The position numbers and the translations under genes were made by a program. Under the pieces are notes generated by a model that saw nothing but the letters and a program-made list of their open reading frames with translations, ran no database searches and was not told the DNA's origin. Below, piece by piece: positions 15,756-25,476 of a DNA stretch of 48,545 bases. This DNA comes from an uncultured Nitrososphaerota archaeon (lineage in GTDB: Archaea; Korarchaeota; Korarchaeia; Korarchaeales; Korarchaeaceae), in assembly GCA_964594835.1 (NCBI GenBank), contig CAZQNA010000010.1, forward strand, positions 1 through 48,545. The letters are read 5' to 3'. The stretch's first letter is position 1. Every line of letters starts with the position of its first letter.

Positions 15756-18700
15756 CGGGGACCTCGTCTCCGTCTACGAGGACTTCATAGTGACGTTCGT
15801 CGATGAGGGCGGGGAGAGGAAGTACCTTGACCGGATACCCGAGATGGTGGAGTCCAGGAGGAGATCCCTGAGGGTGGACTACCAGGACCTCTTCTCCCAC
15901 CTCCCCTCCAGAGAGATAGCCCAGGACCTCCTGGTGAATCCCCAGAGGCACCTTGAGGCGGCTTCCCAGGCGCTCTCCAGGGTGATCAGGAGGTATGGAG
16001 ACATCTCTGGTGAGGAGCTGGAGCTGTACGCCTCCGGCAAGTTCCACGTCAGGTTCTACAACCTCCCCACCACGGCCTCCATAAGGGACCTCCCCTCCTA
16101 CTCCCTCGGGAGGTTCGTTCAGCTCTCGGGAATAGTCATACGGATATCCGACGTCTTCGACAAGCCGGTCAAGATCGCATACGTCTGCAGGAACCCAGAC
16201 TGCCCGGACTTCGGGGTCCCCATACTCGTGGATCCGCTGGAGCCGAAGCCCAAGGTCTGCCCCACCTGCGGAAAGGCCACGCTCAAGAGGGATCTGGACA
16301 GGACGGAGCTGGTGAGCTGGCAGGTTATCAGGGTCCAGGAGAGGCCGGAGGACCTCCCCCCGGGGGCGATGCCCAAGCACGTGGACGCCATACTCATGGA
16401 CGACCTCGTCGACGAGGTGAAGCCCGGCGACAGGGTGACCCTGACGGCCATAATCAACCTCCGCCCGGCCCGCAGGCAGGAGGACTCGGGGTACGGGATA
16501 CTCTTCAAGAGATACCTCGTGGTGAACGACGTCGACGTCCCCACGAAGACCTACGAGAAGATTGAGATCACTCCGGAGGACGAGAGGGCCATCCTAGAGC
16601 TCGCGAGGGATCCGAGGCTCGAGGAGAAGATCATAGACTCGATAGCCCCCTCAATCTACGGTCACAGGGTCAAGAAGAAGGCCATAGCCCTCGCCCTCTT
16701 CGGGGGGAACCCGGTGGTCCTCCCGGACGGGACGAGGATAAGGGGGGAGATAAATCTCCTCTTCGTGGGGGACCCAGGGACGGCGAAGTGCGTCAGCCGC
16801 GACACGCTGATCTTCACGAAGGACGGCCCCGTCCGCGTGGACTCCATGGTCGACGAGGCCACCGCGGTCGACACCCCCGACGGGAAGGTGAGCGAAGTTT
16901 CCACCAGGGTCCTCTCAATGTCCCCGACCCTCTCTCTGGACTGGGTGGATCCGACGGCCGCTGCCAAGCGATCTCAGAACAGCGATCTGCTCGAGGTGAG
17001 GACCAAGACGGGACTCCGAATCAAGGTCACAAAGAATCACCCGTTTCTCGTCTTAGACTCCGACGGGTACGTGAAGTACCTGCCGGCCAGCGAGCTGAGG
17101 GCCGGTTCGTTCGTCGCCATCGTCGGCAGCTTCCAGCCCCCGAGGGTTCAGCCCCCGGTCACCCACCTGATACAGGTGACCCCCGAGCTGATGGAGCTCC
17201 TGGGTCTCCTCCTCTCCAGAGCCCGGGCCCATGACTCGGGCAGGGGGAGGGAGTATCACCTCCTGCTCGCGTCCAGGGCGGCTGAGAGGTTTGAGGAGCT
17301 CGCCAGGGAGCTCGGCAGCGTGAGGCTCGAGGCGCACGGGAGGACGTTTCACGCGAGGCTGCGGGTCAAGAGGAGGATCGCCGCGGAGCTCTCCAGGCTG
17401 GTCCCGTCCCTGGAAGCCCATCCCAGCACGCGGGAGATCCCGTTCTGGATAGTGTCGGCGGACCACCCCCACCTCTCCGCCTTCCTGAGGGGGTACCTGA
17501 TCGTCGAGTCGTCGTACCTGAAGAAGACCCGGCGCCTCGCCATAGTGGCCCGAAACCCCAAGATCCTCCACCAGCTTCGCCTGATCCTCGTGAGGCTGGG
17601 AGTGACCCACCCCAAGATCCTCCCATCAAAGCCCGGACACCGCCTGATCCTTTCCCCCCAGCAGATATCGATCCTCGGCGAGAGGGTCGACCTCAGGGGG
17701 GTGGTCCCCTCGGACCTCCTCTCCGAGAACCACGAGGGCGGCGCGGACGTGGGGGACAGGATACCCCACGTCGGCAGGATACTCCACCGCCTGAGGACCG
17801 CCCTTGGGGTCTCCAGGAAGAGGCTCCAGCTGCCGGTCCCCACACTCATACGGTACGAGAAGGGGCTCGCCCACATACCCAGGTCGAGGCTCAGAAAGGC
17901 GCTCACGGAGCTGGAGAAGGCGGCAGGGGATCTCCTGAGGTCGTACCTGGGAAGTAGAGAGGTAAGGCGGGACCTAGCCTACCTCCACATGCTCGTCGAG
18001 TCCGACGTCGCCTGGGACGAGGTGGAGTCCGTCAGGACCGTGCACGGCGACGGCTGGGTCTACGACGTCGAGGTCCCGCACAACAGGAACTTCGTGGCCA
18101 ACGGGTTCATAGTCCACAACAGCCAGCTCCTGAAGTACACGTCTCAGATAGCCCCCAGGGGGCTCTACACCACCGGTAAGGGGGCGACGGCCGCAGGTCT
18201 GACCGCGGCGGTCGTCAGAGACGCGGCGACCGGCGGGTGGACCCTGGAGGCGGGGGCCCTCGTGCTGGCCGACAGGGGAGTGGCCTGCATCGACGAGTTT
18301 GACAAGATGAACGAGAACGACAGGAGGGCGATACACGAGGCCATGGAGCAGCAGACGATATCCATAGCCAAGGCGGGCATAGTCGCCACGCTAAACGCGA
18401 GGACGACGATAATAGCGGCGGCAAACCCCAAGTACGGGAGGTACGACCCCCTGAGGAGCCCGGCGGAGAACATAAACCTCCCGCCGACGATCCTGTCCAG
18501 GTTCGACCTGATCTACCTGATCAAGGACATCCCAGAGGAGGACTACGACGCGGGCGTCGCCGACCACATCCTGAGGGCTAGGATGGGTGTCAACCCCAAC
18601 GTGGAGCCCGCCATACCCCCGGACCTGCTGAAGAAGTACATAGCCTACGCGCGGCAGAGGATACGCCCCCAGATGACGGAGGAGGCCTCCAGGGTGATCA

Positions 18701-19191
18701 GGGATTTCTACCTCAGCATGAGGCGGGAGGTTGGGAAGCTCGCCGGGGAGATGGAGGGGCCCCTCCCGATCCCCCTCACCGCCAGGCAGCTGGAGGCCCT
18801 GATAAGGCTGGCCGAGGCCAGGGCGCGGATGTTCCTGAGGTCCTACGTGACTGAGGAGGATGCCCTCACGGCCGTCGAGCTGATGAGAGAGATGCTGTAC
18901 GACGTGGGCCTCGACAGGACCACGGGCATGCCCGACATGACCGGGGTGATCGGGCCTTACATGTCGGCCACCAGGAGGAGGGAGGAGCTCATAAGGCTCC
19001 TCAACGAGATGGCGGTTAAGGCGGAGTCCAGGATGGTCTCGGAGGAGGACTTCGTGAGGGCGGCGGCGGAGGCGCTCCAGATCGAGGAGAGGGTGGTGCG
19101 AACTGAGCTCAGGGTTCTCAGGGAGAGCGGCCTCATATACTCGCCCAAGCCGGGGTTCCTGAAGCCGGCCTCAAGGCCCTCTGAGCTGTGA
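15733..19191 (+). CDS. mcm: Replicative MCM helicase containing one intein
   Basis: Zn finger CRNPDC..CPTC, QERPEDLPPGAMP, Walker A GDPGTAK|SQLL split by the intein, CIDEFDKM, ILSRFD, TARQLEALIRL, C-terminal winged helix. Confidence 0.98.
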   Translation: MGSTGEFDGDLVSVYEDFIVTFVDEGGERKYLDRIPEMVESRRRSLRVDYQDLFSHLPSREIAQDLLVNPQRHLEAASQALSRVIRRYGDISGEELELYASGKFHVRFYNLPTTASIRDLPSYSLGRFVQLSGIVIRISDVFDKPVKIAYVCRNPDCPDFGVPILVDPLEPKPKVCPTCGKATLKRDLDRTELVSWQVIRVQERPEDLPPGAMPKHVDAILMDDLVDEVKPGDRVTLTAIINLRPARRQEDSGYGILFKRYLVVNDVDVPTKTYEKIEITPEDERAILELARDPRLEEKIIDSIAPSIYGHRVKKKAIALALFGGNPVVLPDGTRIRGEINLLFVGDPGTAKCVSRDTLIFTKDGPVRVDSMVDEATAVDTPDGKVSEVSTRVLSMSPTLSLDWVDPTAAAKRSQNSDLLEVRTKTGLRIKVTKNHPFLVLDSDGYVKYLPASELRAGSFVAIVGSFQPPRVQPPVTHLIQVTPELMELLGLLLSRARAHDSGRGREYHLLLASRAAERFEELARELGSVRLEAHGRTFHARLRVKRRIAAELSRLVPSLEAHPSTREIPFWIVSADHPHLSAFLRGYLIVESSYLKKTRRLAIVARNPKILHQLRLILVRLGVTHPKILPSKPGHRLILSPQQISILGERVDLRGVVPSDLLSENHEGGADVGDRIPHVGRILHRLRTALGVSRKRLQLPVPTLIRYEKGLAHIPRSRLRKALTELEKAAGDLLRSYLGSREVRRDLAYLHMLVESDVAWDEVESVRTVHGDGWVYDVEVPHNRNFVANGFIVHNSQLLKYTSQIAPRGLYTTGKGATAAGLTAAVVRDAATGGWTLEAGALVLADRGVACIDEFDKMNENDRRAIHEAMEQQTISIAKAGIVATLNARTTIIAAANPKYGRYDPLRSPAENINLPPTILSRFDLIYLIKDIPEEDYDAGVADHILRARMGVNPNVEPAIPPDLLKKYIAYARQRIRPQMTEEASRVIRDFYLSMRREVGKLAGEMEGPLPIPLTARQLEALIRLAEARARMFLRSYVTEEDALTAVELMREMLYDVGLDRTTGMPDMTGVIGPYMSATRRREELIRLLNEMAVKAESRMVSEEDFVRAAAEALQIEERVVRTELRVLRESGLIYSPKPGFLKPASRPSEL
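16789..18120 (+). mobile_element. Intein (444 aa) in the MCM Walker A site, with degenerate LAGLIDADG endonuclease and an HTH insert
   Basis: Starts CVSRDT after GDPGTAK; block B VTKNHPF; ends VYDVEV..NFVANGFIVHN before Ser+1. Confidence 0.96.
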
Positions 19192-19202
19192 GAGGAGGAG
19201 TG

Positions 19203-21359
19203 ATGTCCCTCGCGGATCTAGTCCCCCAAGAGGTCGCCGAGGTCCTGGAGAGGTGGGGGATCTCCGAGTTCTTCCCTCCCCAGAGGGCGGTAGCCGAGAG
19301 GGGGCTGATCCCAAGAGGGAACTTCGTCCTGGCGTCTCCAACAGCCAGCGGAAAGACTCTGGCGGCGGAGATGGCCGCCCTCCACGACCTGCTCCACGGC
19401 GGCAAGTGCGTCTACGTGGTTCCCCTAAGGGCGATCGCCACGGAGAAGTACGAGTCGTTCAGGGCGAGGTACGAGCCCCTGGGGTTCTCCGTCAGGATGT
19501 CCGTGGGGGACTACGACTCCTCAGAGGAGCCCCTCGGCAGACACGACCTGATCATCACGACCTACGAGAAGCTTGACTCCATAATCCGCCACGACCCTGC
19601 CTGGCTGGGGGAGCTGACGACTGCGGTCTTCGATGAGATCCACTTCACCCACGACCCCGAGAGAGGACCCACGATCGAGATGACGGTCGCCAAGCTCATC
19701 GACTCGAATCCGGACGTGAGGAGGATCGCGCTCTCGGCCACAGTGGCCAACCTGGACGAGATATCGGCCTGGCTGGAGGCTGAGCCGATCTCGGTGGAGT
19801 GGAGACCGGTCCCCCTGAGGATCGGAGCCTACTCAAGGTCCGGCTCCGCCGTCCTGTGGGAGGACGGGAGCGAGGAGGAGGTCCCAAGGAGGACCGGGGT
19901 GCCGGAGGTTGACCTGGCCCTGAGGTCGGTCAGGGACGGGGGTCAGGTCCTGGTGTTCTACCCCACCAGGAGGTCCGCCGTCGCCGGGGCCTTCAAGCTG
20001 TCGAGGGCCTTCTCGGCGCACATGGTGGGGCTCGACAGGGAGGCCGCCCGGGAGCTGGCCTCCTCCATCCTTGAGATGGAGCCCAGAACTCGTCTCCTCG
20101 AGAAGCTAGCTGAGGCTGTCGGCGGAGGGGCAGCGTTTCACCACGCGGGCCTCCCCCACAGGGCTCGGAGGGTCGTGGAGGAGGCCTTCAGGAGGGGCCT
20201 ACTCCTGGCCGCGGCCGCCACCCCCACCCTGGCCGCGGGCGTGAACCTCCCGGCCCGGGTCGTTGTGATAAGGAGTCACAAGAGGTACGACAGATCCCGG
20301 GGGAGGTCGGCCCCAATCTCGGTGATGGAGTTCCACCAGATGGCTGGCCGGGCCGGTAGGCCGGGGTTCGACGAGATCGGCGAGGCCATCGTCGTGGCGT
20401 CCACCCGGAAGGAGGCCGAGGGCCTCCTCAGAGACTACTCCGCGGGCCGGATCGAGCCAATAGTGTCCAAGCTCGACGACCCCCACAAGTTCAGAACGCA
20501 CCTCCTGTCCCTGATAGTCCTCAAGTCGCCCGCATCCCCGGAGGACATCTCAAAAGTCCTAGAGCGCACGCTGCTACGCGTGCAGGCCGACGAGGGGGCG
20601 ATATCGGGACTAGTCCCCCCCGCCCTCAACTTCCTCCTCAGGGAGGGGTTCATCAGGGAGGCCCACGGCGGCCGGCTGTCGGCGACCGCGTTCGGGGTCA
20701 GGACGTCTCAGCTCTACATAGACCCGGTGTCAGCCCTGATGATGGCCAGGGCCTCTGAGAGGCTGATGTCGGTGGGGGAGGAGGCCAGGGACGCCTCGAC
20801 GCTGCACCTCATAGGACTCCTGCCAGACATGTACAGGGCCCCGGTGAGGTCAAGGGAGCCCCCTGAGGTTGAGGACCTCTTGGAGGAGTTGGAGCCACTC
20901 ATCCCCCCGGAGGACCTTCCCCTGGAGGTGACGTTCGCGTGGTTCTCGGCGGTGAAGATGGCCGCGGTCCTCAGGGCCTGGATTGAGGAGGCCCCAGAGG
21001 CCATCATCGAGGAGACGTACGGGGTGGAGCCGGGCGACCTGAGGAGCTACGTAGAGGTGGCAACTTGGCTCGCTTACGCATTCTCGGAGATAGCGCGGCT
21101 CTTTGGCAGGCCCAGGGAGGCGACATACCTGAGGACGCTATCGGCCCGGCTCGAGGTGGGCGTGAGGCGGGAGGTGCTGGAGCTGACGAGGATATCCGGC
21201 GTGGGGAGGAGGAGGGCCAGGCTCCTCTACTCGGCAGGGTTCAAGACGATCGAGGACCTGGCCAGGGCCAGGCCGGGGGACCTTCAGGCCATCCCCGGGA
21301 TTGGCCCGAGGCTCGCCGAGAATATCATAAGGGAGGCCGCCGCGCGCCTGGCGAGGTGA
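19203..21359 (+). CDS. hel308: Hel308/Hjm (Ski2-like) DNA helicase
   Basis: SPTASGKT, DEIH, LSAT, AFHHAGL, TPTLAAGVNLPA, QMAGRAGRP, C-terminal HhH; ATG 19203 after GGAGGAG. Confidence 0.95.
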   Translation: MSLADLVPQEVAEVLERWGISEFFPPQRAVAERGLIPRGNFVLASPTASGKTLAAEMAALHDLLHGGKCVYVVPLRAIATEKYESFRARYEPLGFSVRMSVGDYDSSEEPLGRHDLIITTYEKLDSIIRHDPAWLGELTTAVFDEIHFTHDPERGPTIEMTVAKLIDSNPDVRRIALSATVANLDEISAWLEAEPISVEWRPVPLRIGAYSRSGSAVLWEDGSEEEVPRRTGVPEVDLALRSVRDGGQVLVFYPTRRSAVAGAFKLSRAFSAHMVGLDREAARELASSILEMEPRTRLLEKLAEAVGGGAAFHHAGLPHRARRVVEEAFRRGLLLAAAATPTLAAGVNLPARVVVIRSHKRYDRSRGRSAPISVMEFHQMAGRAGRPGFDEIGEAIVVASTRKEAEGLLRDYSAGRIEPIVSKLDDPHKFRTHLLSLIVLKSPASPEDISKVLERTLLRVQADEGAISGLVPPALNFLLREGFIREAHGGRLSATAFGVRTSQLYIDPVSALMMARASERLMSVGEEARDASTLHLIGLLPDMYRAPVRSREPPEVEDLLEELEPLIPPEDLPLEVTFAWFSAVKMAAVLRAWIEEAPEAIIEETYGVEPGDLRSYVEVATWLAYAFSEIARLFGRPREATYLRTLSARLEVGVRREVLELTRISGVGRRRARLLYSAGFKTIEDLARARPGDLQAIPGIGPRLAENIIREAAARLAR

Positions 21360-21363
21360 CCAC

Positions 21364-22728
21364 TTGCCCGTCCACCCCATCGAATACCGATATGGCTCCA
21401 GCCGGATGCGAGAGATCTTTGACGTCGAGAGCAGATACAGGCTGATGCTCGAGGTCGAGGCCGCGCTCGCTGAGGCCGAGGCTGAGGAGGGGCTCATACC
21501 CAGAGAGGCCGCTGAGGCCATCGGGAGGGCGGTGCGGGAGGGCAGGGTGTCGCCGGAGAGGATAGCGGAGCTGGAGAGGGAGGTCAGGCACGAGACCATG
21601 GCCGTGGTGCTCGCCCTCGCGGAGGCCGTCGGCCCCATGGGAGAGTACGTCCACTTCGGGGTCACCTCCAACGACATACTCGACACCGTCCTCGCCCTCC
21701 AGATCAAGAGGGCGTGCGGAGTAATTCGGGAGAAGCTGGCCAGGCTCACCCTCGAGGTGGTTCGGAGGGGCAGGGAGACGCTGCAGGTGGTGGCCCTCGG
21801 CAGGACCCACGGGATGGCGGCCCTGCCCATCCCCTTCGGATTCAAGTTCGCCGTCTGGAGTTCGATCCTGGTCAGGGACCTGGAGAGGCTGGCGGAGGCC
21901 GGGGCCCGGGCCGCCAGGGGCAAGGTGGCTGGGGCCGTCGGCACGATGGCGGGCCTCCAGGGGGCGGGCAGGAGGATTCAGCGTCGGGTCATGGAGATCC
22001 TGGGGCTCGAACCGGCGGAGATATCAACTCAGGTGGTCCCACGGGACTCGCTGGCGGAGCTCATAACGACCCTCGCGCTGATCTCCACGACCCTCGACCT
22101 CATGGCGAACGAGGTCAGGAACCTCCAGAGGACCGAGATAGGGGAGGTTGAGGAACCTTTCGAGGAGCGAAGGCAGGTGGGGTCCAGCACCATGCCCCAC
22201 AAGAGGAATCCGATAATGTCGGAGAAGGTCTGCGGGCTCGCCAGGGTGTTGAGGGGCCTCGCCGTGGCCGCCCTGGAGAACGTGGTCCTCGAGCACGAGA
22301 GGGACCTGACCAACAGCTCCACGGAGAGGATAGTGGTCCCGGAGGCGTTCATGCTCCTAGACGAGCAGCTGGACACGATGCTAGAGGTGATCTCCGGCCT
22401 GAAGGTCCGGAGGGGGGCGATAGAGGCCAACCTGAGGAGGGCCGCGGGTCTCATAATGTCTGAGAGGGTGATGCTGGAGCTGGCGAGGAGGGGGATGGGC
22501 AGGCAGAGGGCCCACGAGCTCGTCAGGAGGCTGGCCATGAGGGCGATCTCGGAAGGTCGCAGGCTGGAGGACCTCTTGAAGTCCTCTCCGGAGGTCACGG
22601 CCCTCCTCTCACCGGGAGAGATAGAGGCCCTGATGGATCCCTCCACCTACCTCGGCGAGGGCCCTGAGATCGCCAGGGCGGCCCTTGACCGGGCTGAGGA
22701 GCTCGCGAAGAGGGCCCTATCAGGCTGA
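21364..22728 (+). CDS. purB: Adenylosuccinate lyase
   Basis: HPIEYRYGS, VHFGVTSNDI, GRTHG, signature GSSTMPHKRNP, EHERDLTNSS. Confidence 0.96.
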   Translation: MPVHPIEYRYGSSRMREIFDVESRYRLMLEVEAALAEAEAEEGLIPREAAEAIGRAVREGRVSPERIAELEREVRHETMAVVLALAEAVGPMGEYVHFGVTSNDILDTVLALQIKRACGVIREKLARLTLEVVRRGRETLQVVALGRTHGMAALPIPFGFKFAVWSSILVRDLERLAEAGARAARGKVAGAVGTMAGLQGAGRRIQRRVMEILGLEPAEISTQVVPRDSLAELITTLALISTTLDLMANEVRNLQRTEIGEVEEPFEERRQVGSSTMPHKRNPIMSEKVCGLARVLRGLAVAALENVVLEHERDLTNSSTERIVVPEAFMLLDEQLDTMLEVISGLKVRRGAIEANLRRAAGLIMSERVMLELARRGMGRQRAHELVRRLAMRAISEGRRLEDLLKSSPEVTALLSPGEIEALMDPSTYLGEGPEIARAALDRAEELAKRALSG

Positions 22729-22743
22729 CTGGGGGCCTCTGGG

Positions 22744-24084
22744 TTGGATGAAGCCTTCCTGAGGTTCCTCGGCGGCGCCAGGGAGGTCGGCAGGTCTAGC
22801 CTCGAGCTCGCGATCGGGGGGAGGTCCCTGATCCTCGACTCGGGCGTCCACGTGGGCGCCAAGTCGCCCGAGGAGAGGTACCCCCTCCCGCCGAGCGGGG
22901 AGGTGGAGGCCCTGATAGTGACCCACGCCCACCTGGACCACAGCGGCTTCTCCCCCTCCCTGGTGAGGGATGCCGGATGTCCGTTGTACAGCACCCCGCC
23001 CACCAGAGACGTGTCAGAACTCCTCCTGGTGGACTTCCTGTCGCTGCAGGCCCAGGCCGGTGGAGAGAAGCCCTACGAGAATGACGACGTCATGAAGCTG
23101 AGGAGTGTTGAGCGTCCGGTGTCCCTGAGATCTCCCTTTCAGCTGGGCGACGCCGTCGTCACCCTCTACGACGCCGGCCACGTCCTGGGGAGCGCCATGA
23201 TCAGGGTCGAGGTACCTGGCCTGTTCAGCCTCCTGTACACCGGTGACCTGAATCTCGGCGGTACCCGAACCCTCTCGGGGGCAGACACGGACATCCCTCC
23301 CACCGACTACGTGGTAATTGAGTCCACCTACGGGGGCGACGGTGACTCCCACCCCGCCAGGAGGAGGGTGGAGAGAAAGTTCGTCTCCGACGTCAGGGAG
23401 ACCGTATCCCGAGGGGGAAAGGTCGTCGTCCCGTGCTTCGCCCTGGGACGCGCCCAGGAGGTCCTGTTGACCCTCCTGGCCCACATCGACAGCGGATCCC
23501 TTCTCCAGGTCCCCATATTCGTTGACGGGATGATAGTGACGATTAACAGGATCTACTCCCTCTACTGGAGCTGGCTGAGGCCGGAGCTTCAGAGGAAGGT
23601 GCGCCTGTCGAAGAGGAGTCCGTTTGATCACGAGCTGGTGGAGGAGGTCCGAGACCGCGAGGAGGTCCTGGAGATAACCGAGCCGTACGTCGTGGTCACG
23701 ACCTCCGGGATGCTCCAGGGGGGACCCGTGATCGAGTACCTCAGGGGCCTCGCCGGGGACCCCAGGAACCTGATCTACCTGACCGGCTATCAGGTGAGGG
23801 GCACGAGGGGCAGGGCCCTGCTGGATGGGGAGAGGAGGATCACCCTCGACGACGGCGAGGAGCTACAGGTCCGCGCCAGGGTTGAGTTCGCAGAGTTCTC
23901 CGCTCACTCTGATCAGAGCGGGCTCATCGCTTTCCTCTCGCGCGTTCCAGGCGTGAGGGAGGTCTTCATAGTCCACGGTGAGCCGGAGAAGTCCCGCCAG
24001 CTGGGCGCAAAGCTCGAGTCCAGGGGCCTCTTCTCCTACGTTCCCAGGGTGGGTGAGAGGGTCAGGCTGAGGGGCCGGGCCTGA
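22744..24084 (+). CDS. Metallo-beta-lactamase/beta-CASP ribonuclease (aCPSF2-like, no KH domains)
   Basis: GGAREVGRS, THAHLDH, AGHVLGSA, YTGD, ESTYG, TSGMLQGG, GYQ..GT.G, FSAHSD, VHGE. Confidence 0.92.
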   Translation: MDEAFLRFLGGAREVGRSSLELAIGGRSLILDSGVHVGAKSPEERYPLPPSGEVEALIVTHAHLDHSGFSPSLVRDAGCPLYSTPPTRDVSELLLVDFLSLQAQAGGEKPYENDDVMKLRSVERPVSLRSPFQLGDAVVTLYDAGHVLGSAMIRVEVPGLFSLLYTGDLNLGGTRTLSGADTDIPPTDYVVIESTYGGDGDSHPARRRVERKFVSDVRETVSRGGKVVVPCFALGRAQEVLLTLLAHIDSGSLLQVPIFVDGMIVTINRIYSLYWSWLRPELQRKVRLSKRSPFDHELVEEVRDREEVLEITEPYVVVTTSGMLQGGPVIEYLRGLAGDPRNLIYLTGYQVRGTRGRALLDGERRITLDDGEELQVRARVEFAEFSAHSDQSGLIAFLSRVPGVREVFIVHGEPEKSRQLGAKLESRGLFSYVPRVGERVRLRGRA

Positions 24085-24142
24085 TCAGACGTCCGTAGTA
24101 CGTGCGGGCAGCCACCTAATTATTCCGCGGGGGCGGACCTAG

Positions 24143-24832
24143 ATGGCGGGCCCTGGCCCGCCTCAGGGGGATCCGGCGTTGTTTGGAGAGGCCGTGAGGA
24201 GACTGCTGAACTTTCTGCTCGGATCTCAGGAGAGGCAGAGGATCGTCCTCGGGATCTACGGACCCGTCAACTCCGGCAAGACCACCCTCGCCAACCGAAT
24301 GACCAGGGACTTCACGGGGAGAGACCTGGGCTCGGTTAGCAAGGTCCCCCACGAGACGAGGACCATTCAGATAGCCAGGGGGGTCAGGGCCAGGCTGCAG
24401 GGGGACGGGGGCAAGGCCATAGTCATGGACATAATCGACACCCCGGGTATCGCCACCCACATCAGCTACAGGACGTTCCTCAGGTTCGGCTTCACGAAGG
24501 ACGAGGCGGTGAGGCGGGCGGAGGAGGCGGCCAGGGGGGTCGTTGAGGCGATAAAGTCACTCGACAACGTCGACGTGGCCCTCATAGTCCTCGACTCTGC
24601 GAAGGACCCCCTGAGCCAGGTCAACCTGCTCCTGCTGAGCCACGTGGAGGCCAAGGGGATTCCCCACATTCTGGTGGCCAACAAGATCGACCTCCCCTAC
24701 GCCAGACCGTGGAAGGTGGCCGAGTCCTACCCGGACAAGATCTCCGTCCCGATCTCAGCCCTCAGGGGAACCCACGTGGACATGCTCTACGGCAAGATCT
24801 ACGAGCTCGTCAGCAGAGGTGGTGGATCTTGA
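24143..24832 (+). CDS. arvA: Era-like small GTPase OapA/ArvA
   Basis: GIYGPVNSGKTTLANRM.RDFTG, PHETR, DTPG, EAVRRAEEAARGVVEA, DPLSQVN, ANKID, ISAL: matches the OapA family as I recall it; TAATTATT box ~24117. Confidence 0.9.
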   Translation: MAGPGPPQGDPALFGEAVRRLLNFLLGSQERQRIVLGIYGPVNSGKTTLANRMTRDFTGRDLGSVSKVPHETRTIQIARGVRARLQGDGGKAIVMDIIDTPGIATHISYRTFLRFGFTKDEAVRRAEEAARGVVEAIKSLDNVDVALIVLDSAKDPLSQVNLLLLSHVEAKGIPHILVANKIDLPYARPWKVAESYPDKISVPISALRGTHVDMLYGKIYELVSRGGGS

Positions 24833-25116
24833 GTCGTGACGGGAGGAGGGAGGTGCTGATACTGGAGGAGATGCCGCCCCCTGGAGAGTCTGGGGAGCTA
24901 CTCGAGGCCGTCCTCAGGGACGGGAGGACGCTCGTGATCCTGAGGCCGAGGATGTCCGAGGTCCTCCCGATGATCCGAGAGGCCCTCCTCCACGGCGACG
25001 GTAGCCGAGGCCTGGGGGTGAAGGTGGAATCCATGGGGAGGCAGGGTCCCCTGGTAATCGCCCCCGCGGAGGCCGTCGTCCGGAGGAGGAGGGGGAGGGT
25101 CACCGTGGTCCTGTGA
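24829..25116 (+). CDS. OapB/ArvB-like (DUF2073-related) protein, short and divergent
   Basis: TTGA overlap with arvA stop; VLILEEMPPPGESGELLEAV and LVIAPA resemble the DUF2073 core; sits between arvA and arvC. Confidence 0.65.
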   Translation: MSRDGRREVLILEEMPPPGESGELLEAVLRDGRTLVILRPRMSEVLPMIREALLHGDGSRGLGVKVESMGRQGPLVIAPAEAVVRRRRGRVTVVL

Positions 25117-25127
25117 GGTGCCCGGCC

Positions 25128-25475
25128 ATGGGGTACGCCCTGGTGCTCGTCTGTCCGTGGTGCGGCTACTCGGAGGCCTTTGACCCGGAGGACCACCCTC
25201 CGGAGAGGTGCCCTGTCTGTGGCTCCAGCGAGGTCCTCGTGATGGCTTACAGGAGCCTGGTCCATGGACCCCGGGCGGAGCGGGGGGAGACACGCCGCAG
25301 GCGGGCGTTCTCCTCCCCGAGGTCGGTCAAGCTGAGACCAGTCGCCCCCATATTTCAACTGGAGCCGGGCGTATTCAAAGTGGACCTCAACAGGCTGTTC
25401 GAGGCCCCCGTTGAGCTTGCCGAGGAGGGCCTCGGGAGGTTCAGGCTCCTGGTGGGAGGAGCCGAGGAGGAGTGA
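25128..25475 (+). CDS. OapC/ArvC Zn-ribbon protein (DUF2072-like)
   Basis: CPWCG...CPVCGS plus C-terminal IFQLEPGVFKVDLNRLFE...GRFRL; ATG after GAGGTG. Confidence 0.8.
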   Translation: MGYALVLVCPWCGYSEAFDPEDHPPERCPVCGSSEVLVMAYRSLVHGPRAERGETRRRRAFSSPRSVKLRPVAPIFQLEPGVFKVDLNRLFEAPVELAEEGLGRFRLLVGGAEEE

Positions 25476-25476
25476 C

